From: an uncultured Syntrophomonadaceae bacterium
GTDB lineage: Bacteria > Bacillota > Ch66 > Ch109
NCBI GenBank assembly: GCA_964556555.1
Contig: CAZKWP010000001.1
Location: 7,849 to 58,085 of the forward strand
Direction of reading: 5' to 3'
DNA: 50,237 nucleotides
The notes under the pieces were generated by a model. That model did not search any database. It was not told where the DNA came from and worked only from the letters and a program-made list of their open reading frames with translations. The position numbers and the translations under genes were made by a program. Within the stretch, counting starts at the first letter, position 1; each line of letters begins with the position of its first letter. Below, piece by piece: positions 8,642 to 17,439 of the stretch.

Positions 8642-10888
8642 TTGAGTTTGTGGCAATCGATCCTGAATGTCCTTACTTTTCAAGAACCGCAAGCACAGGT
8701 TCCGTTTGAATTATTGGAAACGGGGGAGGATACATTCCCGGGTTCCCAAAGCAATGGCCAAAACCCGCAAAATCAGGGGCCGCTACAAATTCAGCCTTCT
8801 TCGGCTTCGGCAGCCAAAGATAACCCGGATAACCAAAGTAAAAAACAACAGCCGATGACCGACCAGCCAAGCCAGGCAGCGGGAATGGATGCCGACCAGG
8901 ATCAAGCGAACGCTGAGGCAGAGCAGCCGCCATCGAACCGGCTAGCTCGGCAACCGGTCCTGCCGGCCAAAATCGAGGATCCCTTTTCGTTAGATATCGT
9001 TCAAACTGTTTACGCCAAAAAGAAGAAAGAACAGGATCAAGAACGCCAGGTCATTGAGGAAACATGGCCTAAAAAACCGGCTGGGGCGGTTAATAGCCCA
9101 AATCCTCAAGAGGTTTTAAAGGGCCACCGTAAACACCGGCCGCGGGGAGATAAACAAAGGGGGTCTGGGGCAGTTCCCAGTCCCAGCCAGTCAAATTCCA
9201 GCCAAAGTGGCAGCCAAACGGAAGGCAAGGCTGCGTCAAACCAGTCGGTTCCCGAATCTTCTCCCAAAGCTGCTAGCAAGCAAGGCCAAGACTCCCGGCA
9301 ACCGCAAGATAACGTTGAATCCGCCAACGGTTCCGGGAACCAGGACCCGAATCAGGACAAACAAATTTTTTCCGATTTGGAACAAAATCTCAGCTACCTG
9401 GCGGATGTTTTTTATTGGCCCACAGATGTGTCCTTAACCGCCCGGGAGTTTGTGGTTGGCACGAATCCACCGCTTAAAGGAATAGCCCTGTATTTTGAAG
9501 GTCTGGCCGATCCCAGCCGGATCAATCAAACAATTATAGAGCCGTTAATGGTGCTCTCTCATTTAACCTTGGAGGAAGAAAAAACACCGCAGATTAGGAT
9601 TATTAAACAACGACTGTTGACAGCGGCCGCGGTCCAGACTAAGGAAAAATTTACGGAAATCATTGAAGCTATCTCGGGCGGTTCCACGGTCCTCTTCTTT
9701 CAGGGCATTCCACAAGCCTTAAGCGTTGAAACCAGCGGCTGGCCGCGCCGCGGAGTAGAACAGCCGGTTTCGGAGCGGGTTATCCGCGGTCCCCAGGAAG
9801 CCTTTAACGAGGATCTGGCGGCTAATGTCTCAATGATTCGGCGTCTCCTCCGCGATCCCAAGTTGAACAGAGAAAATCTTAAGGTCGGACTGCGGGCTCA
9901 TAATCAGTGTGCGTTGCTCTACATCGAGGACCTGGCCAACCCCGTCCTGATCAAAGAAATAAGGCGGCGCATTAACTCTTTAGAGGTTGATGCGGTGCTG
10001 AGTTCCGGCGCGCTGGAGCAATTAATCCAGGATAATTCCTGGGGTATCTACCCGTTGAGCATGGCCACTGAACGTCCGGACCGGGTTGTGGCCTCTCTTT
10101 TGGATGGCAAGGCGGTCGTTTTCCTGGAAGGGGACCCTTTTGCCCTAGTCTACCCCTCGGATGTCTGGTCCTTGCTGCACGCGGCGGAGGATTCCAGTAT
10201 CTCCGGCCCGGCGGTTACGGTCATCCGCTTAATCCGCTGGCTTTCGGCCGGTATGCTGCTCTTTTTACCGGGAATGTATCTGGCGATCGTCGGTTTTCAC
10301 CCGGAGATGCTGCCAACGGACCTGCTCCTTTCCATTGCCGCCAACCGGGAGCGAGTGCCCTTTCCCTCGGTGGTAGAAGTACTGCTGATGGAACTGGCTT
10401 TTGAGTTAATCCGAGAGGCGGGGGTGCGCATCCCCGGCGTGATTGGGCCGACCTTAGGGATCGTGGGAGCGATTATCCTCGGTCAGGCGGCGGTAGCGGC
10501 TAATCTGGTGAATCCCATCGTGATTATAATTGTGGCCATCACCGGAATCAGTTCCTTTGCCATACCTTCTTACTCTTTAACAATTACCTTGCGGGTATAC
10601 CGCTTTTTTTACATTTTGTTAGGCTCAACCTTGGGCCTCTTGGGGATGGCGGCCGGGGTTACTTTTCAATTTATCCTGATCGTCAGCCTGAAATCCATGG
10701 GGGCCCCTTATTTAGCTCCTTTAGGTCCCTTTACCTTCAGCAATAAGGATATCTTAGCCCGAGGCATGTTGTGGAATCAGGAAAGAAGACCGGATTATCT
10801 CGGGGCTCGGGATCAGTACCGGCAGTCGCCTATTTCCCGCAAGTGGGTCCTAAATCCAGCAAATCAGGGGAGGGAGAAACAGCCATGA
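8642..10888 (+). CDS. Spore germination protein, GerA/GerKA (A-subunit) family, with a long low-complexity N-terminal extension
   Basis: The C-terminal 500 aa (from about DLEQNLSYLADVF..TAREF) have GerAA features, including REAGVRIPG and a membrane C-terminus. TTG start with a GGGAGG RBS. It is the first gene of an A-B-C operon. Confidence 0.85.
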   Translation: MSLWQSILNVLTFQEPQAQVPFELLETGEDTFPGSQSNGQNPQNQGPLQIQPSSASAAKDNPDNQSKKQQPMTDQPSQAAGMDADQDQANAEAEQPPSNRLARQPVLPAKIEDPFSLDIVQTVYAKKKKEQDQERQVIEETWPKKPAGAVNSPNPQEVLKGHRKHRPRGDKQRGSGAVPSPSQSNSSQSGSQTEGKAASNQSVPESSPKAASKQGQDSRQPQDNVESANGSGNQDPNQDKQIFSDLEQNLSYLADVFYWPTDVSLTAREFVVGTNPPLKGIALYFEGLADPSRINQTIIEPLMVLSHLTLEEEKTPQIRIIKQRLLTAAAVQTKEKFTEIIEAISGGSTVLFFQGIPQALSVETSGWPRRGVEQPVSERVIRGPQEAFNEDLAANVSMIRRLLRDPKLNRENLKVGLRAHNQCALLYIEDLANPVLIKEIRRRINSLEVDAVLSSGALEQLIQDNSWGIYPLSMATERPDRVVASLLDGKAVVFLEGDPFALVYPSDVWSLLHAAEDSSISGPAVTVIRLIRWLSAGMLLFLPGMYLAIVGFHPEMLPTDLLLSIAANRERVPFPSVVEVLLMELAFELIREAGVRIPGVIGPTLGIVGAIILGQAAVAANLVNPIVIIIVAITGISSFAIPSYSLTITLRVYRFFYILLGSTLGLLGMAAGVTFQFILIVSLKSMGAPYLAPLGPFTFSNKDILARGMLWNQERRPDYLGARDQYRQSPISRKWVLNPANQGREKQP

Positions 10889-12012
10889 TTTCCGAAGGAA
10901 AAATCGGCCCGGCGGAAGCCGCCTCGATCCCCCTACTTCTGTTATCCGTTAACACCCTTTATGCCAGCGTCCCGGCCACGGACTACGGGCTGTCTGCCAA
11001 TTGGCTGGTCATCCTGCTCGCTGGCCTGCTGTCCTGTATAGGAGTTTTTTTCAGCGCGCAGCTGATGCAAAACTACCCGGAACAAAGCATCATCGAGGTT
11101 AGCCGTACTGTACTGGGACCGGTTATAGGCTCTGTGATCGGCCTGGTTTTTTTGAGTCAATTTCTGTTTGGTTGCGCTTTATTCTTAAGGCTGGAAACGG
11201 ATCGGATCCTCACGGTTTATCTGCCAAACACCCCATTCTACGCCATGATGGGGCTTTTTGTCCTGGTCGGGATTGGCGGAGCGTATATCGGCTTAGAAGC
11301 CCTGGCCCGGACAACCAAGATTTTAATCGTTTTCATTATAGGGTCAATTCTGCTGCCTCTTTTCCTGACCTATAACTACTGGGACTGGAACAACCTGTTT
11401 CCTTTGGGGGGTTCCGGGCTGCACGGCATTGCCCAAGGCGGTTTGTCGATGTCGGGGATGTTTACTGAAATCATTATTTTAGCCGTGATATTTCCGGCCA
11501 TTAAAATTTCCAGCCCCAAAAGGCTTTGGTACCAACCCTTACTGATTGCCATTTGCCTCCATGTGCTGGTCGCTCTTTTAGTTTTGCTGATTTTCGGAAC
11601 TCCGTCCCTCAACGAAACCCTGTTTCCCGTAGTCCAGAGCGCCCGCTTAATCTATTTGGGCCGATTTGTCCAACGGATTGATATCTTTTTTGCCTTTTTC
11701 TGGATGATCGGCATCTGCCTCAAATATATTATCCTTTTTTTTGCAGCGGACGAGATCCTGACCCGTTTGCTTAAGCTTCCTTATCGGGTGCCATTTCTGG
11801 TTCCTTTAGGGATAATTGTTACTTCCTTGGCCTTTTTACCGAATGATATGATCCAGACCGGGCAAATAATTACCGATTTAGTTTGGCGCTGGAACGGACT
11901 GGCCACCTTTGGGCTGATGCTGCTCATCTTACTGGTACATTACTTGAAACCCCCTGGAAAATCCGGGCATAGTTGGGGAAAGGAGGGGGCAAATGCAGCG
12001 ACTGAAAACTAA
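10885..12012 (+). CDS. Spore germination permease, GerAB/GerKB (APC-like) family
   Basis: The ATG at 10885 overlaps the gerAA stop (ATGA) and is preceded by AGGGGAGGGAG. It encodes 375 aa with about 10 TM helices, in the B position of the operon. The longer track ORF from 10771 is an upstream extension inside gerAA. Confidence 0.8.
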   Translation: MISEGKIGPAEAASIPLLLLSVNTLYASVPATDYGLSANWLVILLAGLLSCIGVFFSAQLMQNYPEQSIIEVSRTVLGPVIGSVIGLVFLSQFLFGCALFLRLETDRILTVYLPNTPFYAMMGLFVLVGIGGAYIGLEALARTTKILIVFIIGSILLPLFLTYNYWDWNNLFPLGGSGLHGIAQGGLSMSGMFTEIIILAVIFPAIKISSPKRLWYQPLLIAICLHVLVALLVLLIFGTPSLNETLFPVVQSARLIYLGRFVQRIDIFFAFFWMIGICLKYIILFFAADEILTRLLKLPYRVPFLVPLGIIVTSLAFLPNDMIQTGQIITDLVWRWNGLATFGLMLLILLVHYLKPPGKSGHSWGKEGANAATEN

Positions 12013-13315
12013 GCTGGCTAATTCGATAGGACTCTTCCTGCTACTTTCCCTGTTCCCGGCGCTTTTAACCGGCTGCTGGGGTTTTCAGGAAATAGATGAA
12101 ACGGCCTTTATCTTAAATCTGGGTTTGGATCGGGGAACCGAAAATAAACTAACCTGGACCGCCCAGGTGGCGATTCCGCGACAGATTGCCGGGGGCAGCA
12201 GCGGTGGGGGCGGAGGGATAAATACTAAAGAGGATCATACTCAAGAGACAAACCAAGGGGTGGCCACTATCTCCGTCGAGTCGCCCACTTTTACTGGGGC
12301 AATAAATATGATGACTACTTTCTTTGATCGCGAGCTTTCCTTAAAACATCTAAAAACCGTAATTTTTTCAGAGCCCTTAGCCCGCGAAGGAATTATGACC
12401 TATCTGGGGGTTATGGCCCGGGAACCTGATCTCCGGCGTTCCGTAATCGTTGCGGTTTCCCGAAAGGTATCCGCTAAAACGTTATTAGAAAATAACCACC
12501 GAACTATCGAAACCAATCCGGCTAAACACGCGGAAATAATTACGGAATTCGCTCAAAAGACCGGCTATATTCCGGCCCAGCCCCAGTTTACTTATTTTTA
12601 TAATGCTGCCAAATCCTTGAACGGGGACCCGATCTGCCTGTTAGCTGGTCTGGAGCGGAAGGTTCCCGAAGGGGAAGGCCCGCCGGTATCCGGGGAGGAA
12701 TGGGTCAGTGACGGGGCATACTACCCGGGTCAACTGCCCCGCACCGGCGGTAATGGTATTGAGATTATCGGTGCCGCCGTATTTCAAGACGACCGCTTAG
12801 TGGGAGAGATAAACGGCGATGAAATGACCGGGTTAATGCTGATACGCGGCACTTTTAGCCAAGCCAACATCTCTTTGGCCGATCCCTTTTTTCCGGATAA
12901 ACTGATCGGGGTAAATTTAAAACTACACCGTACCCCGCAAATAAAAATTGACCTGAGCGGGCCGGTTCCGCGGGTACAGATCCAGGTATATCTGGACGGC
13001 TCAATGCTGGGCACGCAGACTATTGCGGTTAACTATGAAGAACCGGAAAATCGGGTAATCTTGGAGGAAGCGATTAACCAGCGGATGCTAAAGATGATGG
13101 AAACCGTAACCTACCGCGCGCAACATGAATTTCAGGCAGACATTCTCCATCTCGGCAAAGTAGTCAAACGCCAGTTTTGGACTTTCCAAGCCTGGAAAGA
13201 ATACAATTGGAAAGAGGATAAGTTTCCGGAGGCAGAGATCAACATCGAAGTACAAACCAAGGTGCGGCGCTTCGGTTTGCTGCACGAAGTCGTTCCCTTA
13301 GGCCGGGAGCGATAA
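11993..13315 (+). CDS. Spore germination lipoprotein, GerAC/GerKC family
   Basis: It has a signal peptide with lipobox LLTGC, overlaps the gerAB 3' end, and has the size and position typical of Ger(x)C. Confidence 0.8.
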   Translation: MQRLKTKLANSIGLFLLLSLFPALLTGCWGFQEIDETAFILNLGLDRGTENKLTWTAQVAIPRQIAGGSSGGGGGINTKEDHTQETNQGVATISVESPTFTGAINMMTTFFDRELSLKHLKTVIFSEPLAREGIMTYLGVMAREPDLRRSVIVAVSRKVSAKTLLENNHRTIETNPAKHAEIITEFAQKTGYIPAQPQFTYFYNAAKSLNGDPICLLAGLERKVPEGEGPPVSGEEWVSDGAYYPGQLPRTGGNGIEIIGAAVFQDDRLVGEINGDEMTGLMLIRGTFSQANISLADPFFPDKLIGVNLKLHRTPQIKIDLSGPVPRVQIQVYLDGSMLGTQTIAVNYEEPENRVILEEAINQRMLKMMETVTYRAQHEFQADILHLGKVVKRQFWTFQAWKEYNWKEDKFPEAEINIEVQTKVRRFGLLHEVVPLGRER

Positions 13316-13395
13316 TAGCTTAGCTAGCAAAATCCGGAGAATATATATAATTAATCATTAATTATGCATTTAATTATTATGAGGGGAGTATCGGG

Positions 13396-13575
13396 ATGCT
13401 TTGGTTATTTATTACCGGTTTGGTCACGCTGGGAAGTGCCTTTTATCTGGGGAGTTACGGATTGTGGGCCGTCCGGCAGAAGAACTGGCTGGGAGCAGTC
13501 GGGATTTGGACGGTGGCCCTGCTTACCCTGGCTGCTCCGGTCAGCGCTTATATAATTCATTGGCTCGGCGGTTAA
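13396..13575 (+). CDS. Hypothetical 59-aa two-TM membrane protein (below the 60-aa cut-off of the ORF track)
   Basis: The ATG at 13396 lies 7 nt after GAGGGGAG. The translation MLWLFITGLVTLGSAFYLGSYGLWAVRQKNWLGAVGIWTVALLTLAAPVSAYIIHWLGG shows two hydrophobic helices around a basic loop. Its stop overlaps the cotJC stop. Confidence 0.4.
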   Translation: MLWLFITGLVTLGSAFYLGSYGLWAVRQKNWLGAVGIWTVALLTLAAPVSAYIIHWLGG

Positions 13576-14144
13576 TAGTACTTTTTACGGTTTAAATAGT
13601 CATACATCTGCTCCAGGGTTTCGCCAAACCGCTGAAAGTGGACGACTTCCCTTTGGCGCAGCCAGCGCAGCACATCGGTTACCTGCGGGTCGTCTGATAA
13701 TTGGATTAAATACTCATAAGTCGAGCGGGCCTTTTCTTCCGCGGCCATATCTTCGTAAAGATCGGTGATGGGATCGCCTTTGGACTGGATATAAGAAGCG
13801 GTCCAGGGATTCCCGTCGCCATTTACGTAAAATAAAGCCCGGTCGTGGTCCGCGTAGTAGCCTTCCATGCCTGCGGCTTTTATTTCATCTATGGAAGCAT
13901 CCTTGGTCAGGTTGTAAACCAACGCCGCTACGATCTCCATATGGGCCAGTTCTTCAGTGCCGATATCAGTCAGCACGGCTTTGGCCTGTGGCAGTGGCAT
14001 GGTATAACGCTGGGTCAAATAGCGCAGCGAGGCAGCTAATTCCCCGTCAGGTCCGCCGTATTGGGTAATAACGGTTTTCGCCAATTTCGGATTAGGGCCG
14101 CTGACCTTTACCGGAATCTGCAGTTTTTTTTCATATACCCACAT
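13572..14144 (-). CDS. cotJC: Spore coat protein CotJC (manganese catalase family)
   Basis: 190 aa. The sequences MWVYEKKLQIPV...GPDGELAASLRYLTQRY...EELAHMEIV show the Mn-catalase/CotJC di-metal motifs. It lies downstream of the cotJB-like sequence. Confidence 0.9.
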   Translation of the reverse strand: MWVYEKKLQIPVKVSGPNPKLAKTVITQYGGPDGELAASLRYLTQRYTMPLPQAKAVLTDIGTEELAHMEIVAALVYNLTKDASIDEIKAAGMEGYYADHDRALFYVNGDGNPWTASYIQSKGDPITDLYEDMAAEEKARSTYEYLIQLSDDPQVTDVLRWLRQREVVHFQRFGETLEQMYDYLNRKKYY

Positions 14145-14170
14145 TGAATTATTCTCCTTTCTTGATTATT

Positions 14171-14632
14171 TTAATAACTAGATTCCCAAGGCCAAGGCTC
14201 CTCAATCCACTGCCAGGGATATTTACTGGGAGCTGAGCCATAATTGGCTAATGGACCGTAACGGGCTTCGTAATTCCTTTTAAGGGTATATAACTGCCGG
14301 ACTGCGTTGTTGTAATCAGCCAAGGCTTGACGGTCGTTGGGGTGCGTGTCCAGGAACAGATTTAATTCAACCAGCGTAAATTCTACGGCTTGAATCTCCA
14401 GAAGTCCTCTACGCTGCTCTGCGCCAAACATAGATTGGCTGGGCACCTGATACCCCGCTTTTTTCTTGTTCCCGGGCTTTGATTTTTGGCGCCCCTTCAC
14501 GTAAGGCCGGTAGAGTTCCGGGAAAATAGTGCCTTTTTTAAGTCCTTCCATTGGTCCCCACCGATCACTGTAAACTTGATCGGGAACATAAGCCCGGGCA
14601 AGCGTCCTATCCGGGTATGGGCTCTTTTTCAT
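14171..14632 (-). CDS. Fused CotJA-CotJB spore coat protein
   Basis: The N-terminal LARAYVPDQVYSDRWGPMEGLKKGTIFPELYRPY matches the CotJA motif. The C-terminal EFTLVELNLFLDTHPNDRQALADYN...YEARYGPL matches the CotJB motif. A basic linker joins them in one 153-aa ORF. Confidence 0.72.
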   Translation of the reverse strand: MKKSPYPDRTLARAYVPDQVYSDRWGPMEGLKKGTIFPELYRPYVKGRQKSKPGNKKKAGYQVPSQSMFGAEQRRGLLEIQAVEFTLVELNLFLDTHPNDRQALADYNNAVRQLYTLKRNYEARYGPLANYGSAPSKYPWQWIEEPWPWESSY

Positions 14633-14721
14633 ATCGCAGGAACACCTTCCTTCACTTGGTATAATTTAAAACCTAAACCATTATATTCAATTGAAAACCA
14701 GACGGTGTGTCTTAATTTAGC

Positions 14722-14770
14722 TTTAAAAAAGAAAAAACCGGTTGCCCCTGCCGAAGAAGCGAACCGGTTT
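14722..14770 (-). terminator. Putative rho-independent terminator downstream of the DUF155 gene
   Basis: On the minus strand, AACCGGTT ... AACCGGTT forms an 8-bp stem with an 18-nt loop, followed by TTTTTTCTTTTTT. Confidence 0.45.
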
Positions 14771-14856
14771 GGCCTTCAATTAATATCCTGATATATTCCT
14801 TAATTCTATGCTTATTTTTATAATGCCTAATGCAAATGTTCAAGAAAAAGAAAGCT

Positions 14857-15933
14857 TTATAAAAACTGGAGCAACCCTAAAACAATTTCCAAGGTAATCA
14901 GCAAGATAATTGCTATTTCCAGCAGGGCTCCTCTTTCATTAACGATCTCATTGTGTAACAGGCTGTAATTCTGTTGAATCAGAGTGATCTTCCGCTCGAT
15001 ACTATCCATCCAGACCTTGGAGCGGAAGGCGTCCAGGGCGGCCCGGTAAACCCGGGCGTAATACACATCTCCGGTAACCTTTAAAGAGTTTTGAATGCGT
15101 TCCGTAACTTCATTTATATCCATTACCAGTTCCATCATCTGTTTCATGATGCGCCGGTACTGACCAAAACGCCGATACTGGGTAATCCTTTGGGCCCCCT
15201 CAATCTCGTCATACATCTTGGTCATTTCCTGATTCAGCCGGTGGTCATAATACCGCAGCTCCAAAAGTTGACAGATGGCAAATTCTAAAAGATCCGGCAA
15301 ATCCCGGTTCCCGGTTGGATCATAAACTATTGCCGAGTCCCAGGTAATCATGGTTGAGTCCTGCGGACTATAGGATAAAGTATACCGCAGCGCATCTTCC
15401 CGTAATTGCGTACTGAAGGGCCCGGGATCGCCGAGCAGGATGGGTACTGCATCCCAATTAGGCTGCCATTCCGTAAAGTAAAACAGTTTATAGTCTTCGA
15501 CGAAGAAGTGCTGGTTCGGCTGAATCAAGGCGGGACCCAGGATTTCCCCTACCGATTGCAGTTGGGCTAAAAACAAATCTTCTATATTTTTATCACAGTT
15601 TTCTTCTCCTGCGGTTTCTAGATAAATGGCTGTTTGTTTGATTGCATCATAATCAGCCCCTGGAAGCTCAATCTTTAAGATCAAAGCGACTACGCCCAAA
15701 TCGTATACTTTCCCGGAAAAAGCGCCGCTTAAGGAGGCATCGCCCAGTTGTACCGGGACCCGGTCGAGCTCAACCTCCACCGGAGGATTGCTGAAATCTA
15801 TGGACCGACAGGGAAAACGCGATAGTCTAACCCGGGAAGTGGCTCGGGTGTGGGCTAAAATATCTTCTACTCGCTCGAGATTGATCTCTTCCGCTACATC
15901 ATATAAGCGGTATAACCAGATGGAATTATGCAT
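14857..15933 (-). CDS. RMD1/DUF155-family protein with a C-terminal TM helix
   Basis: 358 aa. The N-terminal IWLYRLYDVAEEINLERV and a single C-terminal helix (LLEIAIILLITLEIVLGLLQFL) match the DUF155 architecture. The assignment is from memory only. Confidence 0.5.
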   Translation of the reverse strand: MHNSIWLYRLYDVAEEINLERVEDILAHTRATSRVRLSRFPCRSIDFSNPPVEVELDRVPVQLGDASLSGAFSGKVYDLGVVALILKIELPGADYDAIKQTAIYLETAGEENCDKNIEDLFLAQLQSVGEILGPALIQPNQHFFVEDYKLFYFTEWQPNWDAVPILLGDPGPFSTQLREDALRYTLSYSPQDSTMITWDSAIVYDPTGNRDLPDLLEFAICQLLELRYYDHRLNQEMTKMYDEIEGAQRITQYRRFGQYRRIMKQMMELVMDINEVTERIQNSLKVTGDVYYARVYRAALDAFRSKVWMDSIERKITLIQQNYSLLHNEIVNERGALLEIAIILLITLEIVLGLLQFL

Positions 15934-16126
15934 CGCTCTAGCCTCATTTTCTTATAGTTTTTGATCTGATTCTATTTTACCCGGTCTGCGCCAAAATATG
16001 GAGCAAATAATTCAGACGATTTATATAGCGTTTGGCAATTGATATTGTAGTAATTCCTAGAAAATTTATAATTCCAACCATAACCCAAAAAATAATCAAT
16101 CGCAAAAACACCCGAACCACATAACT

Positions 16127-16159
16127 AAAAGCCCCTACCTTTTTAGGGTAGAGGCTTTT
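16127..16159 (-). terminator. Rho-independent (bidirectional-looking) terminator after the CAO-domain gene
   Basis: The stem is GCCCCTACC / GGTAGAGGC, flanked by an A-run and a T-run. Its first 18 nt are identical to the hairpin at 17441-17458. Confidence 0.6.
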
Positions 16160-16207
16160 AAATCATGCCCGCATGGGATGCGGATAATTCAGCAATCTCT
16201 TTGCGTC

Positions 16208-17296
16208 CTATTCCTGCCACTCGTAATAATACTTAAAGCCCCAACCGTTGAGATAAACGATGATGGCCTTTTGTTCGCCAGGCCTACCTTTGCTTGCCTT
16301 TTCCATCTTAAGAGTTCCCTGATAATTTTGCACATAGTTTTTTCCGTCAGGCGTCGTAAAGTTGAGCTTACCGGCCGTGGCGTAGCCGGGTTCAATATCG
16401 CTTTTATCAAAATAAATATTAAGTCCGTTGATCCCCCATGCCGAATCCACTGTCCTGTTAACGGTAATCACCGGCCGGTCAGTTGCTGAGAAATACTCAG
16501 GTGGATCGGTCCAGACGGTTTCCGCATGTCCGGATGCGGCAATATTGCCGTTTGACAATTTCCGCGCTTCAACATTGATGAAGTTGTTCTTGTCGCCCTT
16601 TCCCTCGTGGTAATCGGTATATGTGTCTCCGTTTGCGAACCTTCCCACTTTTCCCCCTTTAACCGTCGTGTCTGAAGGGCTTTTATAAAACTCCCACCGT
16701 TTAAAATACCATCCAGGTGCACTCGTGCCTAACACGCTCGGGGCGGTTTTCGTGCTGGTAATTAGCACGGTTTTGGTGCTATCCTCCCAGGCAATGCCAA
16801 GACCCAACAAATAGCCCATGGCCCGAACGGGCAGATATGTCGTGCCGTTATAGGATATGGGCAGTACGGGGGTGCCGTCGTCCCCTACCGGCACAACAGC
16901 CCGGCCATTCAGTTTGAATTTAAGATCACCATTAAGCACTGCCCCGGAGATGGGAAAGAGCTTTTTGGTTTTTGGGGTTGCAGTGGCCGTGGGCGCCGTT
17001 TTTGTCGTCGTGCTGGTGATGAGTACCGTTTTGGTGACACCATCCCAGTCGATGCCCAACCTTAGTAAATAACCTACAGCCCGCACGGGCAGATACGTTG
17101 TGCCGTTATAGGAAACGGGCAGCACGGGAGTGCCGTCGTCTCCCACCGGCACAACAGCCTTGCCGTCAAGTTTAAAGCTAAGCTGATCATTGAGCATCGT
17201 GCCGGATATGGGGGTCAGGGCGGCCGCGACGGGAAACGCTGTCACGACAGAAAAAAGCATGACCAGCGCTAAAACAAGGCTAAATTTTTTTTTCAA
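16208..17296 (-). CDS. Secreted protein with two tandem copper-amine-oxidase N-terminal-like (stalk) domains and an uncharacterised C-terminal domain
   Basis: The signal peptide is MKKKFSLVLALVMLFSVVTAFPVAAA. The segment GKAVVPVGDDGTPVLPVSYNGTTYLPVRAVGYLL..GIDWD occurs twice, as a DNA-level duplication within about 16742-17218. TTG start after AAAGGAAG. Confidence 0.75.
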   Translation of the reverse strand: MKKKFSLVLALVMLFSVVTAFPVAAALTPISGTMLNDQLSFKLDGKAVVPVGDDGTPVLPVSYNGTTYLPVRAVGYLLRLGIDWDGVTKTVLITSTTTKTAPTATATPKTKKLFPISGAVLNGDLKFKLNGRAVVPVGDDGTPVLPISYNGTTYLPVRAMGYLLGLGIAWEDSTKTVLITSTKTAPSVLGTSAPGWYFKRWEFYKSPSDTTVKGGKVGRFANGDTYTDYHEGKGDKNNFINVEARKLSNGNIAASGHAETVWTDPPEYFSATDRPVITVNRTVDSAWGINGLNIYFDKSDIEPGYATAGKLNFTTPDGKNYVQNYQGTLKMEKASKGRPGEQKAIIVYLNGWGFKYYYEWQE

Positions 17297-17335
17297 GAAA
17301 AGAACACTTCCTTTCGCTTGCCAACGTACTATTGT

Positions 17336-17380
17336 GCTGACGCGTCAGCGCGCTGGTTAAATCGGTAAAGGCCTTTACCG
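17336..17380. promoter_or_regulatory. Two perfect palindromes (candidate operators) upstream of the CAO-domain gene
   Basis: GCTGACGCGTCAGC (17336-17349, 14 bp) and CGGTAAAGGCCTTTACCG (17363-17380, 18 bp) are both perfectly self-complementary. They lie 40-85 nt upstream of the TTG start at 17296. Confidence 0.35.
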
Positions 17381-17439
17381 TTTATATCTTAGCATGATAA
17401 ACGTAGAAAAAATTACCGCCCGAATCGGGTAGTGTGCGT

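Noticed and set aside
8442-8645. 67-aa ORF upstream of gerAA
   Set aside because: It has a TTG start without an RBS, lies in AT-rich promoter DNA, and has an implausible composition.
10771-10884. Longer N-terminus for the GerAB permease as given in the ORF track
   Set aside because: The extension lies inside gerAA in another frame and is hydrophilic. The ATG at 10885, with its ATGA overlap and strong RBS, gives a canonical GerAB start.
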